A stretch of 64,000 bases of DNA from Lachnospiraceae bacterium (GCA_021202075.1 JAJQDT010000116.1:127821-191820); one strand, 5' to 3'; counted from the first letter of the stretch, positions 29,343-39,919 are shown. Numbers and translations are program-made. The notes: generated by a model not told the origin, from the sequence alone.

Positions 29343-30959
29343 TTACTCCAGGCCATAAGTCTCGTTAATCTGTTCCTGAATTGCCGCCGTCACATCTTCA
29401 ATGCCGGCGTCGAGCAGAGCCTGCTGGTACTCAGCAACAATCTCTTCCGCTGTGCCGGTGTATTTGCCGTAAGCGATCTGCTTCATATAGTTCGTATGAA
29501 TCTCACTGATGTTGTCGATCATGTACGAAATCTCATCAATATCCGCGACGTACTGGCTGTACTGATACGGAATCGCGATCTCATCATACTCAGCGTAGAG
29601 CTCTTCGATCGCATCCCAGTTGTATTCCGCGTTCTTCAGCTCCAGGTCGTCATTGCGGCCCCACCAGAAGTTCACCATGCCGGCGATGTTCTGTGTCTCA
29701 GAGTCATAGCTCTCCGGAGTGGTCTTATATCCGTCCTCGGTGATTTCATAGGAAACGCCCTCAATACCATAGTTAAACAGACGATAGCAGGTCTCATCAT
29801 TGCGGAGCAGGTCATAAACCATCAGAGCTCTCTCCGGGTTCTCGCTGGCTGCGGAAACTGCCATCACGCCATGTGTCACGGAAAGGGAAACAAGGTTGCC
29901 GCTCTCTTCGCCAAAGTAGAAGAATCCAACCTCTGCATCCTCGTCGGTCTCATAGATCGTGTTTGAGTCGGTAGCACTGCATAGATCCGTCCATGTCTGG
30001 GTGTGATGCTGCTCAGCCGCTACCTGGCCTACGCGGAACTCGTCGCGGTTGTTCAGATCGGTATTGTTGAGAACGTCGGTCATCCACACGCCCATCTCGT
30101 CCCATTCCTTCATCATTTCAGCAAACTCAACCAGAAGATCCGTCTCGGTCAGATACGGTGAATAAATGGTATACGGGTCATCTGATGTGCCGCCCCACAT
30201 AGCGCCGGTATTGATGCCGTCGATGGAGATATAGTTCGTGTTGGAAGTAATCCAGCCGCCTACCATCGTCGCGTACTGTGTGCCGTCCGCATTCCACGCA
30301 TAGAGCAGCTCATCGCCATAAGCTTCAATGACATACGCAAAATAGGTCGTCATGTCTGCCCAGCTGTTCACGCCATCCTCAAGGCCGGCTTCTCTTGCCC
30401 AGTCAAGACGGTAAGAAAAGCCATGGTTCGTCCACTGTGCGTAATTGTCCTCCGGGATAAAATAGATGTCGCCGTCATAGGTGCAGGCCTCCCAGCTCTC
30501 ATCCGATATACTTGCCCAGGTCGCCGGAGCATATGTGGAAAGCATCTCCTCTGAAAGCTCGAGGAAAGCGCCATTCTTTGCGTTCGGCCATGCGTCGAGC
30601 CAGTCCGTAGAGGAGCCTACCAGGTCCACAGATCCGTCCATGCTCGCCAGAGTCAGGTTGTAGTTGGAAAGATAATCTGTCCACTCGATATAGTAAATCT
30701 CAATCTCCGCGTTTACTTTCTCAGTCAGGATCGCGTTCAGCTCATCAAGCATCGCGTTCAGATTCTCTTCCGCCTCACCGGTCGGTCTGTCGCCGGTTGT
30801 CATATAGTTGATGACTACATGCTCAGAAGTGTCAACATCCTCCCATGCCGACCAATAATCAGTGGCGCTCTCTTCTTCCGCTGACGCGGTCACACCCATG
30901 CTCATCATGGACAGTACCATTGCAGATGTCAGCAGCAGTGAAATCATTTTTCTTTTCAT
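29343..30959 (-). CDS. Carbohydrate ABC substrate-binding protein (LplA-like, DUF3502-type C-terminus)
   Basis: Signal peptide; SENPERAL...LFNYGIEG; C-terminal LLDAGIEDV...IQEQIN; operon context. Confidence 0.88.
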   Translation of the reverse strand: MKRKMISLLLTSAMVLSMMSMGVTASAEEESATDYWSAWEDVDTSEHVVINYMTTGDRPTGEAEENLNAMLDELNAILTEKVNAEIEIYYIEWTDYLSNYNLTLASMDGSVDLVGSSTDWLDAWPNAKNGAFLELSEEMLSTYAPATWASISDESWEACTYDGDIYFIPEDNYAQWTNHGFSYRLDWAREAGLEDGVNSWADMTTYFAYVIEAYGDELLYAWNADGTQYATMVGGWITSNTNYISIDGINTGAMWGGTSDDPYTIYSPYLTETDLLVEFAEMMKEWDEMGVWMTDVLNNTDLNNRDEFRVGQVAAEQHHTQTWTDLCSATDSNTIYETDEDAEVGFFYFGEESGNLVSLSVTHGVMAVSAASENPERALMVYDLLRNDETCYRLFNYGIEGVSYEITEDGYKTTPESYDSETQNIAGMVNFWWGRNDDLELKNAEYNWDAIEELYAEYDEIAIPYQYSQYVADIDEISYMIDNISEIHTNYMKQIAYGKYTGTAEEIVAEYQQALLDAGIEDVTAAIQEQINETYGLE

Positions 30960-31427
30960 TGATTTCCTCCTTCTATTATGGTATGATGCGCGCGGACGCA
31001 TATAAAACGGCTGTTCTCACAGCCCTGCGTCCGGCAAAGTAAACGAAGCCGCTTCGTTTACGATTAACAGGAACGACGGAATGTCGTTTTCCGCAACAGT
31101 CCAGAGCAGCAGGCCACTGACCATGTTCCGTTGTTTTGGACTGTTACTTTTTTTATATTTACCCTGCATAAGGAGTTCTGCGCGAACACAGAGCCTCTCC
31201 GCTGCAGGAAAATATCAAAGAATAAATTTATACTATATACTTTCACGCCTATCTCGCTGCTAATGCGATGTACTGTCCTGACCCGGACAAACCGGCGCCA
31301 AACTTTTGCCTTTTTCCGCAAAATATCATTCGTAAATTCCTGACTCGGATAAACCGGAACCGAAATTTTGTCATCTTGTGAAAATAATCAATTTTAAATA
31401 CCTAAACAATTACAATAAATCTTAAAA

Positions 31428-32351
31428 TCAGCCCTTCACAGCGCCCACCGTAATGCCCTTTACAAAATATTTCTGCACGAACGGATACACCAGGACGACC
31501 GGGCCGGTGGCAAGCACCGCGTTTGCCATTTTCACGCTGACGGTCGGAATATCCGTGACATTGACATACTGCCCGGCTACCGACTGCTTCAGCGTGGAGG
31601 TCTTATTTACCACCTCATAAAGCATGTACTGCAGCGGCTTTACATCCACCTTGGAGCTTAAAAACAGAGAGGACTGATACCACTCATTCCAGTACCCCAG
31701 CGCCAGAAACAGGCCAATGGTCGCCAGCGCCGGCTTCAGCATCGGAAGGATCAGGGATGTAAAAATCCGGAAATCACCAGCGCCGTCAATCTTACCGGAT
31801 TCCGTAATCTCGTGCGGAATTGCTTTCACGAAGTTTTTCATCAGGATGATCAGCCACGGCGACATCAGAAGCGGCAGCCATACCGCCAGATAGCTGTCCT
31901 TCAGCTTATACGTCTGCGTCATCAGCAGGTAGTACGGCGCAAGTCCCGCAGAAAACAGGCTGGTGAAATAAATGTAAAATGAAATAACATTCCGGAGGAA
32001 AAAGTCCTGTCTCTGCAGCGCGTAACCGGTCATGGCGATGATGGACAGCCCCACAAAGGTACCGGTCACGGTCATAACGATTGTCAGAGCATAGGACTGA
32101 AAAATCAGTCCGCCGTTTAACACCATGGAATAAGCCTTCAGCGTAAACTCTTTCGGAAAGATCTGTACGCCATAGGTGTTAATCGAAGCCTCCGATGTAA
32201 AGGAGGTACCGATGATAATCAGGAACGGGATAATACAGCAGAGCGCATAAAAAGTTACAAACACATATCCGAATCCACGGATAATCTTGTCCGATCTTCC
32301 CAGCTTAATCTTTGCGCTGGAATCCATTAAATCCAAATCCTTCTTTGCCAT
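31428..32351 (-). CDS. Carbohydrate ABC permease (LplC-like)
   Basis: ESGKIDGAG EAA loop; YWNEWY; YPFVQKYFVKGITVGAVKG. Confidence 0.93.
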   Translation of the reverse strand: MAKKDLDLMDSSAKIKLGRSDKIIRGFGYVFVTFYALCCIIPFLIIIGTSFTSEASINTYGVQIFPKEFTLKAYSMVLNGGLIFQSYALTIVMTVTGTFVGLSIIAMTGYALQRQDFFLRNVISFYIYFTSLFSAGLAPYYLLMTQTYKLKDSYLAVWLPLLMSPWLIILMKNFVKAIPHEITESGKIDGAGDFRIFTSLILPMLKPALATIGLFLALGYWNEWYQSSLFLSSKVDVKPLQYMLYEVVNKTSTLKQSVAGQYVNVTDIPTVSVKMANAVLATGPVVLVYPFVQKYFVKGITVGAVKG

Positions 32352-32369
32352 GTTCGAGACCTCCTTTGC

Positions 32370-33326
32370 TTAGAACAGGGAATAATCCGGTTCTATCTTC
32401 TTTACGATAAAATTGACTACCATTACGATCACGAAACCGATCACTGACTGATACAGACCCACAGCAGACGCGGTGGAGAAATTGAAATCTGTCAGGGTCG
32501 CGCGGTAAACATAGGTCTCAATAATGTCTGTCGTGCCGTACAGCAGCGAATTCGTACCGATAATATTGTAGAACAGTCCGAAATTGCCCTTTACAATGCC
32601 GCCGAGAGCAAAGAGAAGCAGGATCACGATCGTCCCCTTCAAAGATGGAAGGATGATGTAACGAATTCTCTGAAAACCATTTGCCCCGTCTACCTTCGCC
32701 GCCTCCAGCATGGATTCATCAATGCCCATAATCGCCGCAAAGTAGACGACTGAATTGTACCCCGTCTGCTGCCACAGGTAGACCAGAATCAGGATCACGG
32801 GCCACACAGAAGCGTTTGAATAAGGAGCAAACAGCTCCAGCCCCAGCGAGCCGAGAACTCCATTCACAAAGCCGCTGTCATAGTTCAGCAGATAAAATAC
32901 CAGAAGCCCGACCAGTACCTGCGAGATAAAGTATGGCAGAAACATTATGGTCTGGGAAACCTTAACAAATTTTCTGCTTCGCAGCTCGTTCAGAAGGATA
33001 GCGACAAATACTGCCATCACATTTCCGAGAAGAATAAACGCCAGATTATAAAGAATCGTATTTCGCGTCAGCTGAAACAGCTTTCCTGACGAGAACAGGA
33101 ATTTGAAATTCTGGAAGCCGACAAAGGTGCTCCCGAAAATACCGTCCCGATAATTGTATTTTACGAATGCCACATAGATCCCCGGCAGGGGCATGTAGTT
33201 AAACGCAAAAAAGAAGAGTATCGCCGGCACACACATAAGGATCAGTACCCTCGACTGCCAGAGCTTTTGTCCAAATGTCAGCCTGCTTTTATACTTTTTT
33301 ACAACCACTTTTTCCTTCGATTTCAT
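32370..33326 (-). CDS. Carbohydrate ABC permease (LplB-like)
   Basis: FVGFQNF; EAAKVDGANGFQRIRYI; TDIIETYVYR; AVGLYQS. Confidence 0.93.
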   Translation of the reverse strand: MKSKEKVVVKKYKSRLTFGQKLWQSRVLILMCVPAILFFFAFNYMPLPGIYVAFVKYNYRDGIFGSTFVGFQNFKFLFSSGKLFQLTRNTILYNLAFILLGNVMAVFVAILLNELRSRKFVKVSQTIMFLPYFISQVLVGLLVFYLLNYDSGFVNGVLGSLGLELFAPYSNASVWPVILILVYLWQQTGYNSVVYFAAIMGIDESMLEAAKVDGANGFQRIRYIILPSLKGTIVILLLFALGGIVKGNFGLFYNIIGTNSLLYGTTDIIETYVYRATLTDFNFSTASAVGLYQSVIGFVIVMVVNFIVKKIEPDYSLF

Positions 33327-33437
33327 AAGACCTTCCTCTCATTCCTCTTACAACCCAAACTCTTACAGCCTTATACTTAGCCTGTATATTTGTTCCCATT
33401 ACGTTCCTGGTTTCTTCAGAAAATGCCGCCAGGCCAT

Positions 33438-34526
33438 TCAGTGTGCGCCCATACCGCCGCCATACTGACGGTATGAAACAGTGCCCCCTTCGATAATCCT
33501 GGTGGGGAGCTTGGTGCGATAGCGGATTTCCCTGCCATTGATCATGTTCAACAGTATTTCCACGCAGATCCTGCCATGTCCGAATGGATCCGTGGAAAGC
33601 GTGGTCAGGGGCTGCTCCACATACCGTCCCACATAAGAACCGTCAATCCCGACGACCGAAACATCCTGCGGAATCTTCTTTCCGAGCTGGCGCAGACGCT
33701 TGCAGAACCCATAGGCCATCTCATCGTTAAAACAGACTACCGCTGTCGCGTCGGTTTTTCTTTTCAGAAAAACATCCGCGGCATGGGTCCCCTCTCCGAA
33801 AAAATCATCTTCCATGTAATCACTATACTCTTTCTCACCTTCCTCCGCGCCATCCGGTATCTGAGAATCTGTTTTCTCCCTTTGCCCGGTCAATCCATAA
33901 AAATAATCCATCAGCCGGTCGCCCGCCTCAGAGAGCATGTAGCTCTTCCACGCCAGAAAGCGCGGCCCGTTTTCCTCAAAAACATAAGGCGACACATACG
34001 CAATTCTGTGATGTCCATGAAGAACCAGATACTCCAGCAGCATATTCATTCCCTCCCAGAGGTCGCAGCCGACCACCGGAATCGATCTGGTAAACGTGAC
34101 CGGATCATCATACGTTGCGACAATCGCCGGAAGGAAATAGTTTTTCCCTTCATTTCTTAAATACCGATCCGCAACGATCGCGTCAGACAGGATCAGGCCG
34201 TCCGCCATGATGTCCCTGATATTGTAAAATTTTAAAGAACCGCAGACCGCCACGATATAATCCTGTTCCTCCGCAGCTTTGCACATGCCTTCATACAACT
34301 CTGTATTGTAAGCATTTTTCATATTTTTGCTGTAAAAAAGGATCTGCCGCGTCCTTTTCTTCATCAGAGACATTGCTTTCGGATTCGGAAAATATCCCAG
34401 CTTCTCCGCTATCTCCAAAATTTTTTCCCGCTTTTCCGAATTAACATAGCCACTGTTATTCAACGCACGTGAAACTACGGAAACAGAAACGCCGGCTTCC
34501 CGGGCAATATCTTTTCTGGTAACCAT
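33438..34526 (-). CDS. LacI family transcriptional regulator
   Basis: VTRKDIAREAGVSVSVVSRALN HTH; IPQDVSVVGID. Confidence 0.95.
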   Translation of the reverse strand: MVTRKDIAREAGVSVSVVSRALNNSGYVNSEKREKILEIAEKLGYFPNPKAMSLMKKRTRQILFYSKNMKNAYNTELYEGMCKAAEEQDYIVAVCGSLKFYNIRDIMADGLILSDAIVADRYLRNEGKNYFLPAIVATYDDPVTFTRSIPVVGCDLWEGMNMLLEYLVLHGHHRIAYVSPYVFEENGPRFLAWKSYMLSEAGDRLMDYFYGLTGQREKTDSQIPDGAEEGEKEYSDYMEDDFFGEGTHAADVFLKRKTDATAVVCFNDEMAYGFCKRLRQLGKKIPQDVSVVGIDGSYVGRYVEQPLTTLSTDPFGHGRICVEILLNMINGREIRYRTKLPTRIIEGGTVSYRQYGGGMGAH

Positions 34527-34670
34527 TTAAAATTCCTCATAACTCATAAAGGACGGATACGTCCTGATCCCTGTTATTTCCCGATCCGAAACCATCGAAG
34601 AAAATAAAGCTCAAAAAAAAGCAGGCAGCCAACGAAGTTTCAATCATTTTTTTCCTTAAACCTGTTTAAA

Positions 34671-34730
34671 ATTATAGTCTCACGCTTAATTTTTATCAAT
34701 TCCCGAATATGTGGTCGCGCGTCCATATGT
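34671..34730 (-). promoter_or_regulatory. Promoter and probable LacI-type operator
   Basis: TTGATA-17 nt-TATAAT (34671-34699); imperfect palindrome ATATGTGGTCGCGCGTCCATATGT (34707-34730). Confidence 0.6.
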
Positions 34731-34989
34731 GAAATTGCTCATAAATTCCGTAAGCGACTGCTTTGAGCCGCAAAACTTCTTTGAAAAAGTCTTTGCACAG
34801 TCAGATCAGGCAGGGGTTGTCCGCGCCCCTTTTCATCACCGCAAAAGCCCCTGGCCGTAAAGCGGCCAGGGGCATATAAGGTATGCGTATATTTCTCTAT
34901 CTCCGTCTGCATTTTCAGCTTAGGAACTAACATGCCCAGATTGTGCCGAATAACGCGTGAAGCACAGACCATAAAAACGCAGGCGCAAC

Positions 34990-35065
34990 GGGCTGCGTTT
35001 TTATGGTCTGCGGTTCGCGCGTCAGGCGGTGCAGGATGGACAAGTAATTTCGCGGCAGTTCCTTA
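34990..35065. repeat. Dispersed repeat, module E, overlapping the GH2 stop codon
   Basis: GGGCTGCGTTTTTATGGTCTGCG...CAAGTAATTTCGCGGCAGTTCCTTA. Confidence 0.8.
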
Positions 35066-37891
35066 CATCATCAGAGTGATGGTCTGCTCTAAGCTTTCGC
35101 AGCTTATTTTCACAAGTACAGACTCATCCGTGAGTGAGCGGATATAAAGGATCGCACGTCCATTGCGGGTGCGTCTCCAGGGTTCCGTGTAAGCGGTCAG
35201 GTCAGAGAGGTCTCCGTTTTCCAGACCGAGAAGCAGACCGCCCTTCACTTCCGCGCGAATCGTCCGGTCATCGTTTTGCACCAGACGGCCTTCGGTATCC
35301 AGAAGAGAGACCTCGATCTGTGTGACGTGCGCCTTGACATCAGATATTTGCGGCATTTCTGTATCGGGATCATCCTGTTTCCACACCTTTGCCTCTATCT
35401 CCGCTGCGCTGCCTGTTGTCTCAAGACAGCAGGAGAGACACTCTTCCGGAATATCCCCGCCCAAAATCGCCTCAGAGGTATTTCCATCATTCCCACCTTG
35501 AGTATAGGTGCTGACATAATTCGCTTTCAGAATCCCTGGTTCAAAAATCACACTCCACTCAAACCGGCCATCTGTCTCATTCCATGTCCCCAGGCCGCAG
35601 GAAGCGCCATTCAAAAACAGCTCTACACGCGCCGAAAACGAGATCTGCGGATGATTTTGAGTAAAAAACAAATCGGGACTCGCATAGCAATACACATTCA
35701 CCATTTCTCCTGGCTTGTAATTCCAGGATGCCTGTACAGGCTGCTGTTGCTGCGAATCGAAGGCTCCGCCATTCTTGGCCGGATCTGCGCCAGCCGTGAG
35801 CAGGCAGAGGAAGGGTTCCTCGCTCCACCATGCTTTTCTGCGGTAATATTCCGGCTTTTCAAAGCCTGCCAGATCCAGGATTCCCGCGCCAGAGCCGTGG
35901 ATCGGCCAGCCTCGCGCTTCTCCCAGATAATCAATGCCTGTCCACAGAAACTGCCCGCTGACATACGGATGGTCCGTCACCGCCCGCCAGGCCTGATAGC
36001 TGTGGCTGTTTTCACTCCCCAGAAACGGCTTCCCGGGGAAGCGCAAATGGTCCTGCTCATAAAGATGCTCTTTATAATTGTATCCCACCACATCCAGCGG
36101 GTCGAAAAATCCGAGCTGTGAGGTCAGCTCCGGGAACGCCGCAGCCAGTGTCACCGGGCGGGAATCGTCCAGCTCTCTGGCAATCCCGGCCAGGCGGGCG
36201 GCGAGCACGCTCAGACGCCGGGCGTTTGGCTTGTCCGGCCGGTACATCATCTCAGCCGCGGGCTTATCCGCGTCGTTGTTTCCCACCATGGTCTGAAACA
36301 AGGGATGGCAATAGGGGTCATTCGGATAATCAATCTCATTTCCGACGCTCCACAGTATGATGGACGGATGATTGCGGTCTCTTACGATCATGGTCGTCAG
36401 GTCTTCCCGGTACCATTGCGGAAAATCCTCCGCGTAGCCCTCATGCCTCGGCGGATAGACATTGTGCCCGGTCCACCACTTGTTTTTCGGGTTTTCCCAT
36501 TCATCAAAGGCCTCGTCCATCATCAGAAAGCCCAGTTCATCGCAGAGATCATACAGCTCCGGCATATGTGGGTTGTGGCAGGTGCGGATCGCGTTGCAGC
36601 CGGCCGCCTTCAGCTTCAGCAGACGGCGGAGCCAGACCTCCCGGACCATGGCCGCGCCAAGGCAGCCTCCATCGTGATGGACACACACACCCTTGATCTT
36701 CAGGTTCTTTCCGTTCAGGAAAAAGCCCTCATCCGGGTCGAAACGGATGGTGCGGATTCCGACCCTCTGCGTATTAGCAATCCAGCGCGAATGCGTTTCT
36801 CCCGCGCCGGGATCCGTTTCTCCTTCTGCGGCAAAACGGTTCGCGGAATTACGCCCGCATCCGGTCTGATCCGCTGATGTCAAAGTATCCATCTTTTCTG
36901 CGCGTTGGAGCTTTTCCGATTCAGAAAGCTCCGTCACAAGCGTATACAAATATGGTGCATCCACCGACCAGAGCTGCGGATCCTCCACAGCGCCTTCCAG
37001 CGCGACCTCCGCGGTTTTGCCCGGGGCAAGCACGAAAGGAGTCTCCGTCTTCCATGCGGCCGCCTCCTGCCCTTTGGCGTCCAGCAGCCGAAAAACAGCC
37101 TGCAGGGAACAGTCGGCATCGCTGTCATTTACAAATTCCGCGCAAAGTGCAATGCGGGCACATCTGGCAGTATTTGTCCCGCATTTGATCTCTCCTGATG
37201 GGAAGGCGCTCGTTTCGCAGGTGCAGTCCTTCCACGCGGCAGCTTCTGTTTCACCTCCAGGGTGCTCCGATACGGCAGCACCGGAAATTCTTTCTGCTGT
37301 TTCCGACAATCGCACCATATTTTCATTTTCGGCGGCACAGGCTTCTGCTGAATTCTCCTGGCCGGACGATTCCACCGAAACCGTCCGGAAGAAAATCCCA
37401 TGCAGTGCCGGATGCACCGGCTCCTCTGCAAGCAGCCAGACCTTCCGGTAAATCCCCGAGCCGGTAAACCAGCGGGAATCCGCCAGGTCCGTGTGCGTCA
37501 CCTGCACGCTGATTTTATTATCTTCCTCTCCAAAATGGACCAGCTCCGTAATATCATAACTGATCTCACTGTAGCCGTAGGGCCGTTTTCCCAGATGGTA
37601 GCTGTTGCACCAGATTCTGCTGTTTTTATAAATCCCGTCAAACACAACCCGGATACGTTTTCCCCGATATTCTTCAGGAAGTGAAAAGCGCACGCGGTAC
37701 CAGCCAATGCCTCCGGCCAGATACCCCGTGCCGCTGGAATATTCCTTTTGAAAAGGCATATGTACCGACCAGTCGTGCGGCAGAAATACCTCCTCCCAGT
37801 CCTGATCATCGTAACCTTTATACCATGCTTCCGGAACATCGCCATAATGAAAGCGCCAGCCTTCATTCAGTGTAATAATCTTTTGATTCAT
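35063..37891 (-). CDS. Glycoside hydrolase family 2 (beta-galactosidase-like)
   Basis: LPHDWS, SRWFTGSGIYR, GVCVHHD, NAIRTCHNP, RDRNHPSIILWSVGNE (acid/base), GSE, WTGIDYLGE. Confidence 0.93.
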   Translation of the reverse strand: MNQKIITLNEGWRFHYGDVPEAWYKGYDDQDWEEVFLPHDWSVHMPFQKEYSSGTGYLAGGIGWYRVRFSLPEEYRGKRIRVVFDGIYKNSRIWCNSYHLGKRPYGYSEISYDITELVHFGEEDNKISVQVTHTDLADSRWFTGSGIYRKVWLLAEEPVHPALHGIFFRTVSVESSGQENSAEACAAENENMVRLSETAERISGAAVSEHPGGETEAAAWKDCTCETSAFPSGEIKCGTNTARCARIALCAEFVNDSDADCSLQAVFRLLDAKGQEAAAWKTETPFVLAPGKTAEVALEGAVEDPQLWSVDAPYLYTLVTELSESEKLQRAEKMDTLTSADQTGCGRNSANRFAAEGETDPGAGETHSRWIANTQRVGIRTIRFDPDEGFFLNGKNLKIKGVCVHHDGGCLGAAMVREVWLRRLLKLKAAGCNAIRTCHNPHMPELYDLCDELGFLMMDEAFDEWENPKNKWWTGHNVYPPRHEGYAEDFPQWYREDLTTMIVRDRNHPSIILWSVGNEIDYPNDPYCHPLFQTMVGNNDADKPAAEMMYRPDKPNARRLSVLAARLAGIARELDDSRPVTLAAAFPELTSQLGFFDPLDVVGYNYKEHLYEQDHLRFPGKPFLGSENSHSYQAWRAVTDHPYVSGQFLWTGIDYLGEARGWPIHGSGAGILDLAGFEKPEYYRRKAWWSEEPFLCLLTAGADPAKNGGAFDSQQQQPVQASWNYKPGEMVNVYCYASPDLFFTQNHPQISFSARVELFLNGASCGLGTWNETDGRFEWSVIFEPGILKANYVSTYTQGGNDGNTSEAILGGDIPEECLSCCLETTGSAAEIEAKVWKQDDPDTEMPQISDVKAHVTQIEVSLLDTEGRLVQNDDRTIRAEVKGGLLLGLENGDLSDLTAYTEPWRRTRNGRAILYIRSLTDESVLVKISCESLEQTITLMM

Positions 37892-38004
37892 GTCCGTAAC
37901 CCTCTTTTTGCTTTCTGTGAAAGTTAGCTATCATCTTAGCAAAAAAGATATTGTGTTACAAGTTCTATTTTTGTGGACAGAGGCCACTTACAAAAGCGGG
38001 GAAG

Positions 38005-38145
38005 GCAAAGATCGGATTTGCTTCGCGTGAATACAGGGGAAGCAAAAATCGGATCTGCTTCGCGTGGCTGCGGGGAAAGCAAAGATTGGATCTGCTTCGC
38101 GTGGCTGCAGGAAAGCAAAGATTGGATCTGCTTCGCGTGAATGCG
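38005..38145. repeat. Tandem repeat, four units of 36-37 bp
   Basis: GCAAARATYGGATYTGCTTCGCGTG core four times with similar 11-12 nt linkers. Confidence 0.9.
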
Positions 38146-38209
38146 TAGAATAGAAAAATGAAGCGAAATAGATAATGATTTGTAAAAATCTCGTCCGTAA
38201 GGACGGGAA

Positions 38210-39919
38210 TCATTTCCCGTCCTCCGCGATAAAATATTCAAAATTCAGCTGGTTCATCGCGACTTCCGCGAGATTCACGCAGCTGTTGCCCATGCGGTCG
38301 ATGCAGTGCAGGATCCGCAGAAACGGAGCAGTGAGGCTCTTCCTGCACTTGCCCTCTGTCACACGCTGCATATGCGATTTGCGCATCTTGATGTCGAGAT
38401 CAAGCACCTCATCCTTGTGGCGGATGATTTTCTGCAAAGCCGCGTCATCCCCGTTTTCCAGGGCGTCCAGCGCATTTGAGTACATTTTTTCGATCTGATT
38501 CAGGCTTTCCACCAGATCACGCATTGCTTCTTTTGAATAGCCGTAGCCTTTGTCCAGCTTCTCCTGAACCGTCTCAGCCATCTCCACGGAAAGGCTGCCC
38601 ATGCGGTCAACGTCGCTGAGCACGTACATCAGCTTCGCCGTCTCGGTCGCCTGCTGCTCCGTCAGCGCGCCGGAAGAAAACAGGTCTGCCAGATAATCGT
38701 TAATCTCGCCCTGCAGGGAACTCATCGCTGTCCCGTAATCCCGTACCTTCTCCAGCAGCTCCGTATCCTCACTTTCCACCGTGCCGCGCACATCCTGCAG
38801 CATCGTTCTGGCCACCTCCCCGCAATGAAGCGTTTCCTTCGCGACCAGCTTCAGCGCGGCTGCCGGTTGGGAAAGAACATTCTTATCCAGGAACAGCGGT
38901 TTTGCCGGGTCCGCTTCCTCCAGCTTCCCATCCGGGATGAGCCTCATGACCATCTTTACCATAAAGCCAAGGAACGGAATCCAGAGGATGGTCATTGTAA
39001 TATTGAAAATCGTGTGGGCATTTGCAATCTGCCTGGAAATCACATCCACCTCAGCCCCAGTCGGTGAAATATACTGTATAAAAGCCGCGTAGGGCTTTAC
39101 AAACCAGATGAAAAGCACCGCGCCGGAAATATTAAACAGCGAATGCGCGAGCGCGGTCCGCTTCGCGTCCTTCGACTGGCCGATGGAAGCCAGAAGCGCC
39201 GTGATTGTCGTACCAATGTTGTCGCCGAGCAGAATCGGGATCGCGCCCGCCAGCCCCAGGATACTCGTCACACCGTCTGCCCCCGCCTGGGAGGCAAAGT
39301 TCTGAAGCACGGCAATCGTCGCACTGCTGCTCTGCACCACCAGCGTCATCAGCGTACCGACCAGAACACCCAGAACCGGGATGTCCGCGACCTTCGCAAT
39401 CATGCCGGTGAACACCGGGCTGGAGGCCAGCGGCTTCATCACACTTCCCATCGTCTCGATTCCGAGGAACAGCAGACCGAACGCAAAGAGTGTCATGCCG
39501 ATGTTTTTAATCCGTTCGCGCTTGCAGACAAACGAAATGATAAAGCCTGCAAAAATAAATACATAAATATAATCGGTAATCTTAAACGCGATGATCTGCG
39601 CCGTGATCGTTGTTCCGATGTTCGCGCCGAAGATAATCGAGATCGCCTGCGGCAGCGTCATCAGCCCGGCGCTGACAAAGCCAATCGCCATAACCGTCGT
39701 CGCGCTGCTGCTCTGGAGCACCGCTGTCACCAGCGCTCCCGCGAGCACGCCCAGCAGGCGGTTTCGCGTCAGCAGCCCCAGAATCTGCTTCATCCGCTCT
39801 CCTGCGGCCTTCTGCAGACACTCGCTCATCAGATTCATTCCAAAAATAAAAATCGCCAGCCCGCCGAACAGGCCGAAAATAATTTCAATCGTATCGTTCA
39901 TAATTTTCTCCTTTGTCAT
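38210..39919 (-). CDS. Na/Pi cotransporter (NptA/YjbB family) with PhoU-like C-terminus
   Basis: Two QSSSAT and G(A/D)NIGTT repeats; IANAHTIFN; DVDRMG and DRMGN PhoU-like helices; start may be 39901. Confidence 0.93.
   Translation of the reverse strand: MTKEKIMNDTIEIIFGLFGGLAIFIFGMNLMSECLQKAAGERMKQILGLLTRNRLLGVLAGALVTAVLQSSSATTVMAIGFVSAGLMTLPQAISIIFGANIGTTITAQIIAFKITDYIYVFIFAGFIISFVCKRERIKNIGMTLFAFGLLFLGIETMGSVMKPLASSPVFTGMIAKVADIPVLGVLVGTLMTLVVQSSSATIAVLQNFASQAGADGVTSILGLAGAIPILLGDNIGTTITALLASIGQSKDAKRTALAHSLFNISGAVLFIWFVKPYAAFIQYISPTGAEVDVISRQIANAHTIFNITMTILWIPFLGFMVKMVMRLIPDGKLEEADPAKPLFLDKNVLSQPAAALKLVAKETLHCGEVARTMLQDVRGTVESEDTELLEKVRDYGTAMSSLQGEINDYLADLFSSGALTEQQATETAKLMYVLSDVDRMGSLSVEMAETVQEKLDKGYGYSKEAMRDLVESLNQIEKMYSNALDALENGDDAALQKIIRHKDEVLDLDIKMRKSHMQRVTEGKCRKSLTAPFLRILHCIDRMGNSCVNLAEVAMNQLNFEYFIAEDGK

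Noticed and set aside
38005-38145. Possible mini-CRISPR array (period about 37 bp)
   Set aside because: Linkers are only 11-12 nt and resemble each other; no unique spacers, leader or cas genes.
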